This document shows, in pieces, positions 14,125 through 25,725 of a stretch of DNA of 64,000 bases (within the stretch, counting starts at the first letter, position 1; each line of letters starts with the position of its first letter). A model generated the notes under the pieces. It did no database searches and was not told the DNA's origin. It worked only from the letters and a program-made list of their open reading frames with translations. The translations under genes and the position numbers were made by a program. The DNA is from Mizuhopecten yessoensis (Eukaryota). The DNA is taken from assembly GCF_002113885.1 (NCBI RefSeq), contig NW_018480028.1, positions 182,686-246,685 on the forward strand, in the 5' to 3' direction.

Positions 14125-14990
14125 AACACACACAGTACAGACCCGGACAAGGATGGTTAAATAGGGTAGGGGAGGCTACAGACATATAACACACACAGAC
14201 CCTGACAAGGATGGTAAAAAGGGGAGGGGAGGCTACAAACATATAACACACACAGACCCTGACAAGGATGGTTAAATAGGGAAGGGGAGGCTACAGACAT
14301 ATAACACAAACAGACCCTGACAAGGATGGTTAAATAAGGGAGGGGAGGCTACAGACATATAACACACACAGACCCTGACAAGGATGGTTAAATAGGAGAG
14401 GGGAGGCTACAGACATATAACACACACAGACCCTCACAAGGATGGTTAAATAGGGAAGGGGAGGCTACAGACATATACCACAAACAGACCCTGACAAGGA
14501 TGGTTAAATAAGGGAGGGGAGGCTACAGACATATAACACACACAGACCCTGACAAGGATGGTTAAATAGTGGAGGGGAGGCTACAGACATATAACACACA
14601 CAGACCCTCACAAGGATGGTTAAATAGGGAAGGGGAGGCTACAGACAAATAACGCACACAGACCCTGACAAGGATGGTTAAATAGGGGAGGGGAGGCTAC
14701 AAACATATAACACACACAGGCCCTGACAAGGATGGTTAAATAGGGAAGGGGAGGCGACAGACAAATAACACACACAGACCCTGACAAGGATGGTTAAATA
14801 GGGAAGGGGAGGCTACAGACATAACACACACAGACCCTGACAAGGATGGTTAAATAGGGGAGGGGAGGCTACAGACAAATAACACACACATCTCCTGACA
14901 AGGATGGTTAAATAGGGCTACAGACATATAACACACACACAGACCCTGAGAAGGATGGTTAAATAGGGCTACAAACATATAACACACACA
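14125..14990. repeat. Minisatellite, 58-bp unit, ~15 copies
   Basis: ACACACACAGACCCTGACAAGGATGGTTAAATAGGGAAGGGGAGGCTACAGACATATA. Confidence 0.96.
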
Positions 14991-15118
14991 CCCCCTGCTT
15001 TCTGAATTATGCTAAGCTCAGTAGTCTTTTGATGTACTGTGTATACTGAACCAAACATTATTGTCAGGTTGAGGGTTTGGTTTACACAGATTTTCTGATT
15101 ACTGATGTTAATTGTGTA

Positions 15119-15211
15119 TTAACCCATTCACCCCTAAAGTCACATTTGAACCTTACCAGATCAAAGACTGGACAAGTCCAGTTTAAATATGTAGGGCTGA
15201 ACATGAGTTAG
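15119..15211 (-). mobile_element. Degenerate copy of the TTAA hairpin MITE (copy 4)
   Basis: TTAACCCATTCACCCCTAAAGTCACATTTGAAC...GTAGGGCTGAACATGAGTTA. Confidence 0.65.
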
Positions 15212-16864
15212 AAGATATACAGAGGGACCTAGCTAGTTGAAGGTTTATACAGTGTAAATAGGAAACCTGTATAAACTATACCGTATACATTTTATGTAAA
15301 TTGAACCTGTATAATAAAAAAATCTGTATATTCTGGCATATAGAACCAGACTTTCACCTCCACCCACTCTAAGTATTTCTATGTAAGTCTGGAGTATCAA
15401 AAACAAATATTACTTGCAATTGCAATTTAGTATAGACAGTTGGAGATATCTTGGTGATCCAACCAAGGAAATCTGTGTTAGTCAGATTCACATTGCCTTT
15501 TATTTGTTATAGGTGTTTTCAGGTGGTTTTGTATTAAAGATTTACATTGCTTCATGTGATATCACACAATCAGGACTGCAAAAAATAGGCACTGTAAAAT
15601 CATCGCCTGGCCTCTCCGTTGTCTCTCTAGTTTTACCTGAAGGTGTTGTAATTTACCGGTATCATCTCTATCAAGAAATTGAAAATGGGTTGAAAAGAAA
15701 CATAAATTATGTCAAAAGTGCTGCATCCTTTTCTCTTTTAGATATAAATTTGATTCCTGTGTGTACCGACTTTACTCTGAGATTGAAGTGATCGTACTTT
15801 GTCAGTGTCGAGATAGCAGGACATGAGGAGACTTTCGGCCCAAAACTTGGCACTTTTCTAGAGAAATGGACCTCCTTAATTGGTCGTAAGTCAGCGATAG
15901 TGTTACATATACAGATGGGGAGGATTGAACATTTTTTAGAAGTAGGACAACTTGCTTGTTTCAAGTATTTCCCTTTTCGGTCGTTAGGCGCTCCCTATTA
16001 TAGGGTCGCTGTCAAGTTTTCAGTAATTAGGTGTCCGTGCTTGTGCAAGTCTTTGGTACAGGAAATCGTCATTAGGACAATGGGAGGGACCGTGATATAT
16101 ATAACATACTGTATCAATTTCACCTGTACTGTGTGTGAAGGAAATTTATAGTCGACAACTTCACTCACACAGATAATATATCATCTGATTTTGTGTTCTT
16201 ATCTTCTTCTTTTTTTAAATTTGGAAAGTATTATTGTTACCATGTGGTAACTGAAGATATTTGAAGTTTTATAAAAACAGCTTTTTATAAACCAGAATGT
16301 TTGACTAGTAGACTAGTCTTATCACGATTCTCCCGAATATCTGGATTTATCTGCCGAGTAATATCGCATAGTTTACACTATGTTACTTATACACTGTACA
16401 TACCAAACAGCCAGATATCAGACTACCAATTTATTGATCAAATAGAAAGTACTCATGCATAGGTTAATTTATTTCAATTTGATTTATTCAGTCAAAATGT
16501 GAAAAATACTTTAATTATGTTTTAAAAATAGAAACACAGCCCTGAATGTGATATACAGGAAATCAAGTCAACAGTCAAATATCAAAACCATTAATGTGAA
16601 ACAACTCAATTTTTATTTATGAAATTTACAAGATTAAATTAATCATAATTTATGTCTCCTGCAAATTTTGGATCTGTACGTCAAGGTCAAAACAAGATCA
16701 AAGGTTAACTGATCTTTGTTATGCTTATCCCATCCACAACACCTAAATTGGTCAATATTATGTAGGATTTAGCGAAATCTTAATTTATTTGCCAAGAATT
16801 ATTTTAATAGAACTGTCTCCACTAAAACTTATATTTTGACATCCTAAACATCAGCATTTCTTTG

Positions 16865-19095
16865 TGCTCACTACCTCAAGCATGACATCAGTGAGCTTAC
16901 TACCTAAACCTTGACATCTGTGAGCTTACTACCTAAAGCTTGACATCTGTGAGCTCACTACCTTCAGCTTGATATTTGTGAGCTCACTACAGAAAATTTG
17001 ACAATTGTTAGCTCACAAACTAAAGTTTGACAACAGTGGACTCACTACCTAAAACTTGACATCTGTGAGCTCACTACCTAAAGCTTGACATCTATGAGCT
17101 CACTACCTAAAGCTTTTTATTAGGTCACCTGAGCTTTAGCTCAAGTGACCTATTGCTATCCGTTTTCGTCCGTCGTCGTCCGTCGTCCGTCGTCCGTCGT
17201 CCGTCGTCCGTTAACATTTTACATTTCAAACTTAAAGTCAAGTTCTGCTGGGCCGATTGAACTGAAAGTTGGTAGGAATGATCGCCTCATGGTCCTGACA
17301 AAGTGTTGTTATTTTTCGGGTCGATCAGAAATCCAATATGGCCGCCACGGCCGCCATTTTGAAAACCTATTTCAAACTTAAAGTCAAGTTCTGCTGGACC
17401 GATTGAACTGAAAGTTGGTAGGAATGATCGCCTCATGGTCCTGACAAAGTGTTGTTATTTTTCGGGTCGATCAGAAATCCAATATGGCCGCCACGGCCAC
17501 CATTTTGAAAACCTATTTCAAACTTAAAGTCAAGTTCTGCTGGACCGATTGAACTGAAAGTTGGTAGGAATGATCGCCTCATGGTCCTGACAAAGTGTTG
17601 TTATTTTTTGGGTCGATCAGAAATCCAATATGGCCACCACGGCCGCCATTTTGAAAACCTATTTCAAACTTAAAGTCAAGTTCTGCTGGACCGATTGAAC
17701 TTAAAGTTTGTAGGAATGATCGACTCATGGTCCTGACAAAGTGTTGTTATTTTTCAGGTCAATCATAAATCCAATATGGCCGCCACGGCCACCATTTTGA
17801 AAACATATTTCAAACTTAAAGTCAAGTTCTGCTAGGCCGATTGAACTGAAACTTTGTAGGAATGATTGACTCATGGTCCTGACAAAGTGTTGTTATTTTT
17901 CAGGTCGATCAGAAATCCAATATGGCCACCACAGCTGCCATTTTGGTAAACTATTTCAAACTTAAAGTAAAGATCTACTTGGCCGATTGAACTGAAACTT
18001 TGTAGGAATGATCGAATCATGGTCCTGACAAAGTGTTGTTATTTTTCGGGTCAATCAGAAATACAATTTGGCTGCCATGGCCGCTATTTTGCTACTAAGT
18101 TCTAATAGGCCGATCTCACTTAAAATTGGTCTAGGAATGATCAGCTCATGGTCCTGACAAAGTTAAGTTAACATTATACTATTTTTTACTCAAATTGGTA
18201 CATATTTCAACAACAAAAATAAATACTGTAGACTCAGGTGACCGTTTAGGCCCATGGGCCTCTTGTTATTTGTGAACTCACTCCAGAAAATTTGACAATT
18301 GTAAGCTCACAAACTAAAGCTTGACAACAGTGGACTCACTACCTAAAACTAGACATCTGCAAGTTCACTACATAAAGCTTCTGTGAGCTCACTACCTAAA
18401 GCTTGACATCTGTGAGCTCACTACCTAAACCTTGACATCTGTGAGCTTACTACCTAAACCATGACATCTGTGAGCTTACTACCTAAAGCTTGACATCTGT
18501 GAGCTCACTACCTTCAGCTTGATATTTGTGAGCTCACTACAGAAAATTTGACAATTGTTAGCTCACAAACTAAAGTTTGACAACAGTGGACTCACTACCT
18601 AAAACTTGACATCTGTGAGCTCACAAACTAAAGCCTGACAACAGTGGACTCACTACCTAAAACTTGACATCTGCGAGTTCACTACATAAAGCTTCTGTGA
18701 GCTCACTACCTAAAGCTTGACATCTGTGAGCTCACTACCTTAAGCTTGATATTTGTGAGCTCACTACAAAAAGTTTGACATTTGTAAGCTCACTACCTAA
18801 AGGTTGACATCTGCGAGCTCACTACCTAAAGTTTGATATCTGTGAGCTCACTACCTAAAGCTTGACATCTATGAGCTCACTACCTAAAGCTTTTGTGAGC
18901 TCACTACCTATAGCTTGAGATCTTTGAGCTCACTACCTTAAGCTTGACGTTTGTTAGCTCACTTCCTTAAGCTTGACATCTGTGAGCTCACTACAGAAAG
19001 TTTGATATTTGTAAGCTCATTATCTAAAGCTTGACATCTGTGAGCTCACTACCTAAAGCTTGACATCTGTGAGCTTTCTACCCAAAGCTTGATGT
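16865..19095. repeat. Minisatellite, 29-bp unit, interrupted by a Helentron-like insertion
   Basis: GAGCTCACTACCTAAAGCTTGACATCTGT on both sides of 17116-18267. Confidence 0.95.
17116..18267 (+). mobile_element. Complete non-autonomous Helentron/DINE-1-like element carrying ~6.5 copies of a 146-bp repeat
   Basis: 5' hairpin TAGGTCACCTGAGC-TTTA-GCTCAAGTGACCTA; (CGT/CGTC)n microsatellite; 146-bp units starting 17225, 17371, 17517...; 3' subterminal inverted copy CTCAGGTGACC; 3' hairpin AGGCCCATGGGCCT (18248-18261) + CTTGTT; T-rich insertion site, no TSD. Confidence 0.88.
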
Positions 19096-19687
19096 CAATG
19101 GAGTTCTTTGGCTGTTCAAACAGTAGGAATCAATAGCTTGTGTACTGTTATAGCATAAGATAGCCAACTGCTGTGAGATCAAGGGTGACTAATTAACTCT
19201 TTTTTTCATATTTCGTCACTCATTGTTTAATATTATATGGTTTGATGTAAATGTTCACTCAACCGTGGTGTGACATGTGGAATCGTGTCTGATGATTATA
19301 TCTCACACTCAACAACCTCATTCTTCACGTATTCAAATCAATTGCTCTCCGTATCAAATATCATGTTGTCCTTGAGAAATCAATCAAAATGAATGGAACG
19401 AAAATTGCAGATGAAGACACAATTTTGTCTGCACTAAATTGAATTTATTGCGATGATTTTGATTAAACTTTGTACTCATCCAAACCATCTCATAAATCTT
19501 TGTACGAGTGACTGTAAGGTTGTGTTTTATTGATATTAGGAGAGTTATTTCCTTTTATTTTCTTTGCTGAAGAAAGCCTTTTCAAATCTACTTCCACAGT
19601 AATATACCGTATATATCCGGCAATAAACCCATGCTGGGTAATAAACCTGTCAATATATATATTGCAGTTAGGAAGAAATACCAACAA

Positions 19688-21282
19688 GATGATTTGTCCT
19701 GTAATAAGCCCCTCTCCCTACTTTCAGTCAGAGATGATTTGTCCTGTAATAAGCCCATCCCCCTACTTTCAGTCAGTGATGTTTGTCCTGTAATAAGCGC
19801 CTCCCCCTATGTTCAGTCAGAGATGATGTTTTGTCCTGTAATAAGCCCCTCCCCCTACTTTCAGTCACAGATGATTTGTCCTGTAATAAGCCCATCCCCC
19901 TAAGTTCAGTCAGAGATGATTTGTCCTGTTATAAGCCCCTCCCCCTACTTTCAGGCAGAGATGATTTGTCCTGTAATTAGCCCCTCCCCATACTTTCAGT
20001 CATAGATGATTTGTCCTGTAATAAGTCCCTCCCCTTACTTTCAGTCAGAGATGATTTGTCCTGTAATAAGCCCCTCCCCCTCCTATCAGTCAAGAGATGA
20101 TTTGTACTGTAATAAGCCCATCTCCCTACTATCAGTCAGAGATGATTTGTCCTGTAATTAGCCCCTCCCCATACTTTCAGTCATAGATGATTTGTCCTGT
20201 AATAAGTCCCTCCCCTTACTTTCAGTCAGAGATGATTTGTCCTGTAATAAGCCCACCCCCCTACTTTCAGTCAGAGATGTTTGTCCTGTAATAAGCCCCT
20301 CCCCCCATGTTCAGTCAGAGATGATGTGTTGTCCTCTAATAAGCCCCTCCCCCTACTTTCAGTCACAGATGATTTGTCCTGTAATAAGCCCATCCCCCTA
20401 CTATCAGGCAGAGATGATTTGTCCTGTAATAAGCCCCTCCGCCTACTATCAGTCAAGAGATGATTTGTACTGTAATAAGCCCATCTCCCTACTATCAGTC
20501 AGAGATGATTTGTCCTGTAATAAGCCCATCCCCCTACTATCAGTCAGAGATGATTTGTCCTGTAATGAGCCCCTCCCCCTACTATCAGTCAGAGATGATT
20601 TGTTCTGTAAAAAGCCCATCCCCCTACTTTCAGTCACAGATGATTTGTCCTGTAATAAGCCCCTCCCCCTACTTTCAGTCACAGATGATTTGTCCTGTAA
20701 TAAGCCCATCCCCCTACTTTCAGTCAGAGATGTTTGTCCTGTAATAAGCCCCTCCCCCTATTTTCAGTCAGAGATGATGTGTTGTCCTGTAATAAGCCCA
20801 TCCCCCTACTATCAGTCAGAGATGATTTGACCTGTAATAAGCCCCTCCCCCTACTTTCAGTCAGAGATGATTTGTCCTGTAATAAGCCCCTCCCCCTTTT
20901 TTCGGTCAGAGATGATTTGTCCTGTAATAAGCCCATCCCCCTACTATCAGTCAGAGAAGATTTGTCCTGTAAAAAGCCCCTCCCCCTACTTTCAGTCAGA
21001 GATGATTTGTCCTGTAATAAGCCCCTCCCCCTACTTTCAGTCAGAGATGATGTGTTGTCCTGTAATAAGCCTCTCCCCCTACCATCAGTCAGAGATGATT
21101 TGACCTGTAATAAGCCCCTCCCCCTACTTTCAGTCAGAGATGATTTGTCCTGTAATAAGCCCCTCCCCCTTTTTTCAGTCAGAGATGATTTGTCCTGTAA
21201 TAAGCCCCTCCCCCTACTATCAGTCAAGAGATGATTTGTCCTGTAATAAGCCCATCTCCCTACTTTCAGTCAGAGATGATGT
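19688..21282. repeat. Minisatellite, 45-bp unit, ~35 copies
   Basis: GATGATTTGTCCTGTAATAAGCCCCTCCCCCTACTTTCAGTCAGA. Confidence 0.97.
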
Positions 21283-22020
21283 GTTGGCCCTGTGGGCTTA
21301 TTGCAGAATAAATATGGTAAGATGTATTTATACAAAACTGTCCAAAACCTCTGTCCCAAGATCAGGCTGTGAACCTTGCCTGTGTAACGACTCTGTCATT
21401 TAAACCCCTCGTCAAAGAGTTATGTCCCTTGGTGTAATTATCTTGAATATTATTGCACATCTGCCTTCATGTTGTGTGAGTGTTTTTTAATTTCATGAAG
21501 TCCTATTACTGACATCAAACGCTGCATTTATGTGTTCCAATATCCTCTTCAAACAATAAATTCAGAAACGAGAGCAAGGTTTTATGAATGGCAAATATGA
21601 TGGCATAGCTAGGGGTCTTGAGGTCTGATGGAACAGCTCAAAAGCGAGGCAACAGTAAAATTTATTTTTAAATGACAATTACAGATTTATAGATAGTATA
21701 TTATGACGTGATGAGAGCATGTATTACAGTCTTGTGTAGCTAATCATGTCAATAAAAATGTCCCATGATCACAAATTTATACACTTCGAAAAAAACAAAA
21801 TATGTTAAACAAAAGTGAACAGCTTTTACTTAAAGGTGAACAACCACCAAATGCTAAAACACGTCAAATTTAGTTTCAAAATATTAGTAAAACATTATAA
21901 TTAGTTGTCATTTTTTTTTTTTTTAAAGTCTGTATTTGTGCATAATTTATTATTTGAAAACGACCCGTTTAATCGTATACCTTTGGAAGCACAGAGTATG
22001 TACGCAGTTACTTCCCTTTG

Positions 22021-22045
22021 GCTGTGACATCATTTGTGACGACCG
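22021..22045 (+). promoter_or_regulatory. Left subterminal motif of the Kolobok-like element, putative promoter element of the THAP gene
   Basis: GCTGTGACATCATTTGTGACGACCG, 21/25 identical to the reverse complement of 23352-23376; CRE-like core, adjacent CCGGAA; ~55 nt before the ATG at 22100. Confidence 0.45.
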
Positions 22046-22099
22046 GAAAGCGCGCCAGCTGTCAGGTCGGAGGCAGTCGTCCGGAAAACGTAAACAAAC

Positions 22100-22327
22100 A
22101 TGGTACACTGTGCTGAGCTGAACTTTAACAGTAATTCCATTAATGGAGAGAAAATCAGTATGTTCCTGTTCCCGAAGGACAAAAAGCTGCGGAAAACATG
22201 GACAATTAAGGTAAAGAGAAAGGGATTTTCTCCAACCTCACACACGAGATTCTGTCAAAACCATTTTGAACCAGGCAGCTTCGTGAGAGATCCACGATTG
22301 ATGTCGTCGATAGGCTTTGAACCATAA
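22100..22327 (+). pseudogene. Truncated THAP zinc-finger domain (N-terminus of a transposase)
   Basis: MVHCAELNF...MFLFPKDKKLRKTW...P...RFCQNHFEP has the THAP pattern (N-terminal Cys, FP, W, CxxHF); second Cys appears mutated (TTT/Phe); AVPTIF box and DDE domain missing. Confidence 0.85.
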
Positions 22328-22337
22328 GTTTTATACT

Positions 22338-22606
22338 GGTTGTGTGATCTGAGTATGTGAGGGTAAATGTGGTCTACAAGGTTGTGTGATCTGAGTATGT
22401 GAGGGTAAATGTGGTCTACAAGGTGTGTGATCTGAGTATGTGAGGGTAAATGTGGTCTACAAGGTGTGTGATCTGAGTATGCGAGAGTAAATGTGGTCTA
22501 CAAGGTGTGTGATCTGAGTATGTGAGGGTAAATGTGGTCTACAAGGTGTGTGATCTGAGTATGTGAGGATTTTTTTTGTCTACAGAAAGTTTGTGTGATC
22601 TGAATG
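22338..22606. repeat. Minisatellite, 41-42-bp unit, ~6.5 copies, inside the Kolobok-like element
   Basis: GGTGTGTGATCTGAGTATGTGAGGGTAAATGTGGTCTACAA. Confidence 0.93.
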
Positions 22607-23104
22607 TTTTAGTAAAAAGAATATGCAATGAATTGGTATAATTGTTGAAATTTTGAATAATTTAATTATTGTAACTACAAAGAGCTTCTCAATTTGAGTT
22701 TGCCCTGAATAAAGTCCAAAGTATTCCAAAACTTGTGTTTTGTCTGGGTTTTTTTTATAAAGAATAGAACCAAATATATCGGGGAAATTTATTTCTGTAC
22801 ATAATGCTGGCCTCCACAAACAAAGACTTGAAGTAAAACGTTAGCAGCATTCATGGCATGCAACTTCCTACACTTTTAATATAAACAATTGACTCAATAT
22901 AAAATTATCTCTAACGAGTCCGTATAGTTATATACAGTAGGCCTTCCATCACAGGGATATCAGATATTTAACATGCTCCAGACAAACAGAGCTGAAGATA
23001 CATGTTTTATATTTAAAAGTCGGCTTAAAAGTATATATAAAACCTAATTACAATTAAAGAAGTTATATTTTACGATAAATAGGTACCAAAGAGTTTAAAC
23101 AAAC

Positions 23105-23312
23105 CATTCTGGTGTAAGATCTGCATTGATGCAAGCCATACTGCCAGTTTCCTGACCCTGTTCGTCGTCACTAACATCCAACTCGGACGATTCAGATTCA
23201 CTTATAACCTCTAAATAGGTGCAGACTGGCTCATACAGGTATGGCTGAATGTCCAGTGTGAAAAGGAAACTTCTGGAATATCCTCGTTGTCAATAAAATC
23301 CACGGAATCCAT
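23105..23312 (-). pseudogene. First exon of a KolX / P2X7-ballast-like gene, one frameshift
   Basis: Manual translation: MDSVDFIDNEDIPEVSF / frameshift / TLDIQPYLYEPVCTYLEVISESESSELDVSDDEQGQETGSMACINADLTPEW, ending TG|GTTTGT (putative donor). IQPYxxEP + acidic tract + W matches my recollection of the N-terminus of 'P2X7-like' KolX proteins. Confidence 0.65.
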
Positions 23313-23351
23313 AGCCCCGGTACCAACTAGTTCAGTAGTTGTTGTGACAGA

Positions 23352-23376
23352 CGGTTGTCGCAAATGACGTCGCAGC
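23352..23376 (-). promoter_or_regulatory. Right subterminal motif of the Kolobok-like element, putative promoter element of the KolX-like gene
   Basis: Reverse complement GCTGCGACGTCATTTGCGACAACCG, preceded by CCGGAA; ~40 nt before the minus-strand ATG at 23312. Confidence 0.45.
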
Positions 23377-23689
23377 TCTTCCGGTTTAACGAACGATAAC
23401 TCGTGCTAACTTGTATTTGAGATTTTCAATACCGGTTACAAAATTTGCTGATTTTCGCAACTTTTGTGTTTTCAAAATATTTTTCATTTTACGGAAGGAA
23501 TATTTAATGAATAATGCCCCAAAAAATGCAAAATATGTGAAAATGAAATTGGGTTGTTATCACCTTTAATGAAGACGTGCACAGATTGACTGAAAGTGTT
23601 CATTATTTCTATTTATTTGGGGTAAAAAATAATACTTCAATGAATTTCCTAGTAATGTCTAATATTTATTTGAAAAGAAATAGAATCTC

Positions 23690-23775
23690 TTAGCCCTTTT
23701 ACCACTGTAGACCATAATGGACTCATCAATATCAATGCATGGTAGAGTCTACTAAAGCTACATAGGGGTGAAAGA
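23690..23775. mobile_element. Possible distant relative of the TTAA hairpin MITE
   Basis: TTAGCCCTTTTACCACT...AGGGGTGAAAG, similar length and termini, heavily diverged. Confidence 0.3.
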
Positions 23776-23881
23776 TTTTTTCCCAAAACTTATCCAATTT
23801 TAAGTGTCTGGGGGCTCAATATAGAAATCACGAAATCTGTCTGTCCTGAACCAAACAATCTAATGCCTACAGTAGATCCAG

Positions 23882-24268
23882 GTTAGACAAGTTCCACTGC
23901 ACACATGTAGGGACATCAGTGACGTTCTTCTTTAGACAAGTTTCACTACACACATGTAGGGACATTACAGTGAGGTTCCAGTTTAGACAAGTTTCACTGC
24001 ACATATGTAGGGACATCGGTGAGGTTCCTGTTTAGACAAGTTTCACTGCACACATGTAGGGACATCAGTGAGGTTCCTGTTTAGACAAGTTCCACTGCAC
24101 ATATGTAGGAACATCGGTGAGGTTCCTGTTTAGACAAGTTTCACTGCACACATGAAGGGACATCGGTGAGGTTCCTGTTTAGACAAGTTTCACTGCACAC
24201 AATAGGGACATTACAGTGAGGTTCCAGTTTAGACAAGTTTCACTGCACACATGTAGGGGCATCAGTGA
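23882..24268. repeat. Minisatellite, 49-51-bp unit, ~8 copies
   Basis: TTAGACAAGTTTCACTGCACACATGTAGGGACATCAGTGAGGTTCCTGT. Confidence 0.94.
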
Positions 24269-24856
24269 AGTTAACAAGACTTGATTATATAACTGAGGGA
24301 TGAGGACAGATATTGGAGCATAAAACGTTACCAGCATCTTGAGAGAAAATCGGCTATAGTACATTTCTTAATCACTGTTAATTGCTATTAAGAGGCAGTT
24401 ATGTTTTGCTGTGAGTCACCAGATTCTGTCAGTCCTCCGCAATGACACTGATTTATTTTCAACAATGGCCACCGATCACACAAAACACCAGTGAGAAACA
24501 AGAAGTTGTAGTGTCAATACACTTCTGATCTGGGCATGGGTGTTTAGAAATTAATCACAAATTATTGTATCCCACTTGGATTCAAATTAACCCTCATGGG
24601 CCTCTCTGTTAAATTGGAAATTTTTAATTTCTTTACACTACCTTAAAGATAATATACAAGTTCAAAATTAAATTTTAGGAATTCTTTTCTTCATTGAGAG
24701 TGTTGTATATCATAAAAAACAAGAAAAAGTAGATTTCATAGAAATGCATACATTATAAAATAAAAACATGGTGCCATTTTCCCACTGTTGAAAATGATAA
24801 AGAAAAAATGCATTTGAGAAATATAGTCGAGGGACTGAACCTGAAATTTGTGAATT

Positions 24857-25255
24857 CTGAGGAAATTCTATATATACACATGGTAATCAGGCTGTGTCCT
24901 CTGAGGAAATTCTATATATACACATGCACTTGGTAATCAGGCTGTGTCCTCTGAGGAAATTCTATATATACACATTTACTTGGTAATCAGACTGTGTCCT
25001 CTGGGGAAATTCTATATATACACATGGTAATCAGGCTGTGTCCTCTGGGGAAATTCTATATATACACATGTACTTGGTAATCAGGCTGTGTCCCCTGAGG
25101 AAATTCTATATATGCACATGTACTTGGTAATCAGGCTGTGTCCTCTGAGGAAATTCTATATATATACATGTACTTGGTAATCAGGCTGTGTCCTCTGAAG
25201 AAATTCTATATATACACATGTACTTGGTAATCAGGCTGTGTCCTCTGGGGAAATT
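24857..25255. repeat. Minisatellite, 50-bp unit, ~8 copies, running into an assembly gap
   Basis: TCTGAGGAAATTCTATATATACACATGTACTTGGTAATCAGGCTGTGTCC. Confidence 0.95.
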
Positions 25256-25507
25256 NNNNNNNNNNNNNNNNNNNNNNNNNNNNNNNNNNNNNNNNNNNNN
25301 NNNNNNNNNNNNNNNNNNNNNNNNNNNNNNNNNNNNNNNNNNNNNNNNNNNNNNNNNNNNNNNNNNNNNNNNNNNNNNNNNNNNNNNNNNNNNNNNNNNN
25401 NNNNNNNNNNNNNNNNNNNNNNNNNNNNNNNNNNNNNNNNNNNNNNNNNNNNNNNNNNNNNNNNNNNNNNNNNNNNNNNNNNNNNNNNNNNNNNNNNNNN
25501 NNNNNNN
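25256..25507. other. Assembly gap (N run)
   Basis: Run of N. Confidence 1.
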
Positions 25508-25725
25508 ATATCGTATATATCATGTATATCATGCAAATTACATGTATATCATGTATACCATGCACATTACATGTAGATCATATATATCATATTATGTATA
25601 TCATGTATCTCATATATATCATATATAACATGTATATCATATATATGATATATATGATATATATGATATACATGATATACATAATATGATATATATGATA
25701 TACATGTAATGTGCATGATATATAT
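25508..25725. repeat. AT-rich low-complexity island with a long inverted repeat
   Basis: (TATCATA)/(TATGATA) repeats; 25559-25627 is nearly the reverse complement of ~25649-25717. Confidence 0.85.

Larger units (their letters stand above)
21830..23569 (+). mobile_element. Internally deleted Kolobok-type DNA transposon (coordinates include both TTAA TSDs)
   Basis: TTAA (21830-33) + AGGTGAACAACC... and ...GGTTGTTATCACCT + TTAA (23566-69): imperfect TIR with 5'-AG...CT-3' ends; THAP ORF on +, convergent KolX-like exon on -; symmetric 25-bp subterminal inverted repeats. Confidence 0.8.

Noticed and set aside
19530-21403. Cys/Pro/Ser-rich ORFs
   Set aside because: Translations of the 45-bp minisatellite, broken by indel variants.
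22100-22327. Host THAP transcription factor gene
   Set aside because: It lacks the second Cys and the AVPTIF box, ends beside a minisatellite, and lies within TTAA-flanked inverted termini.
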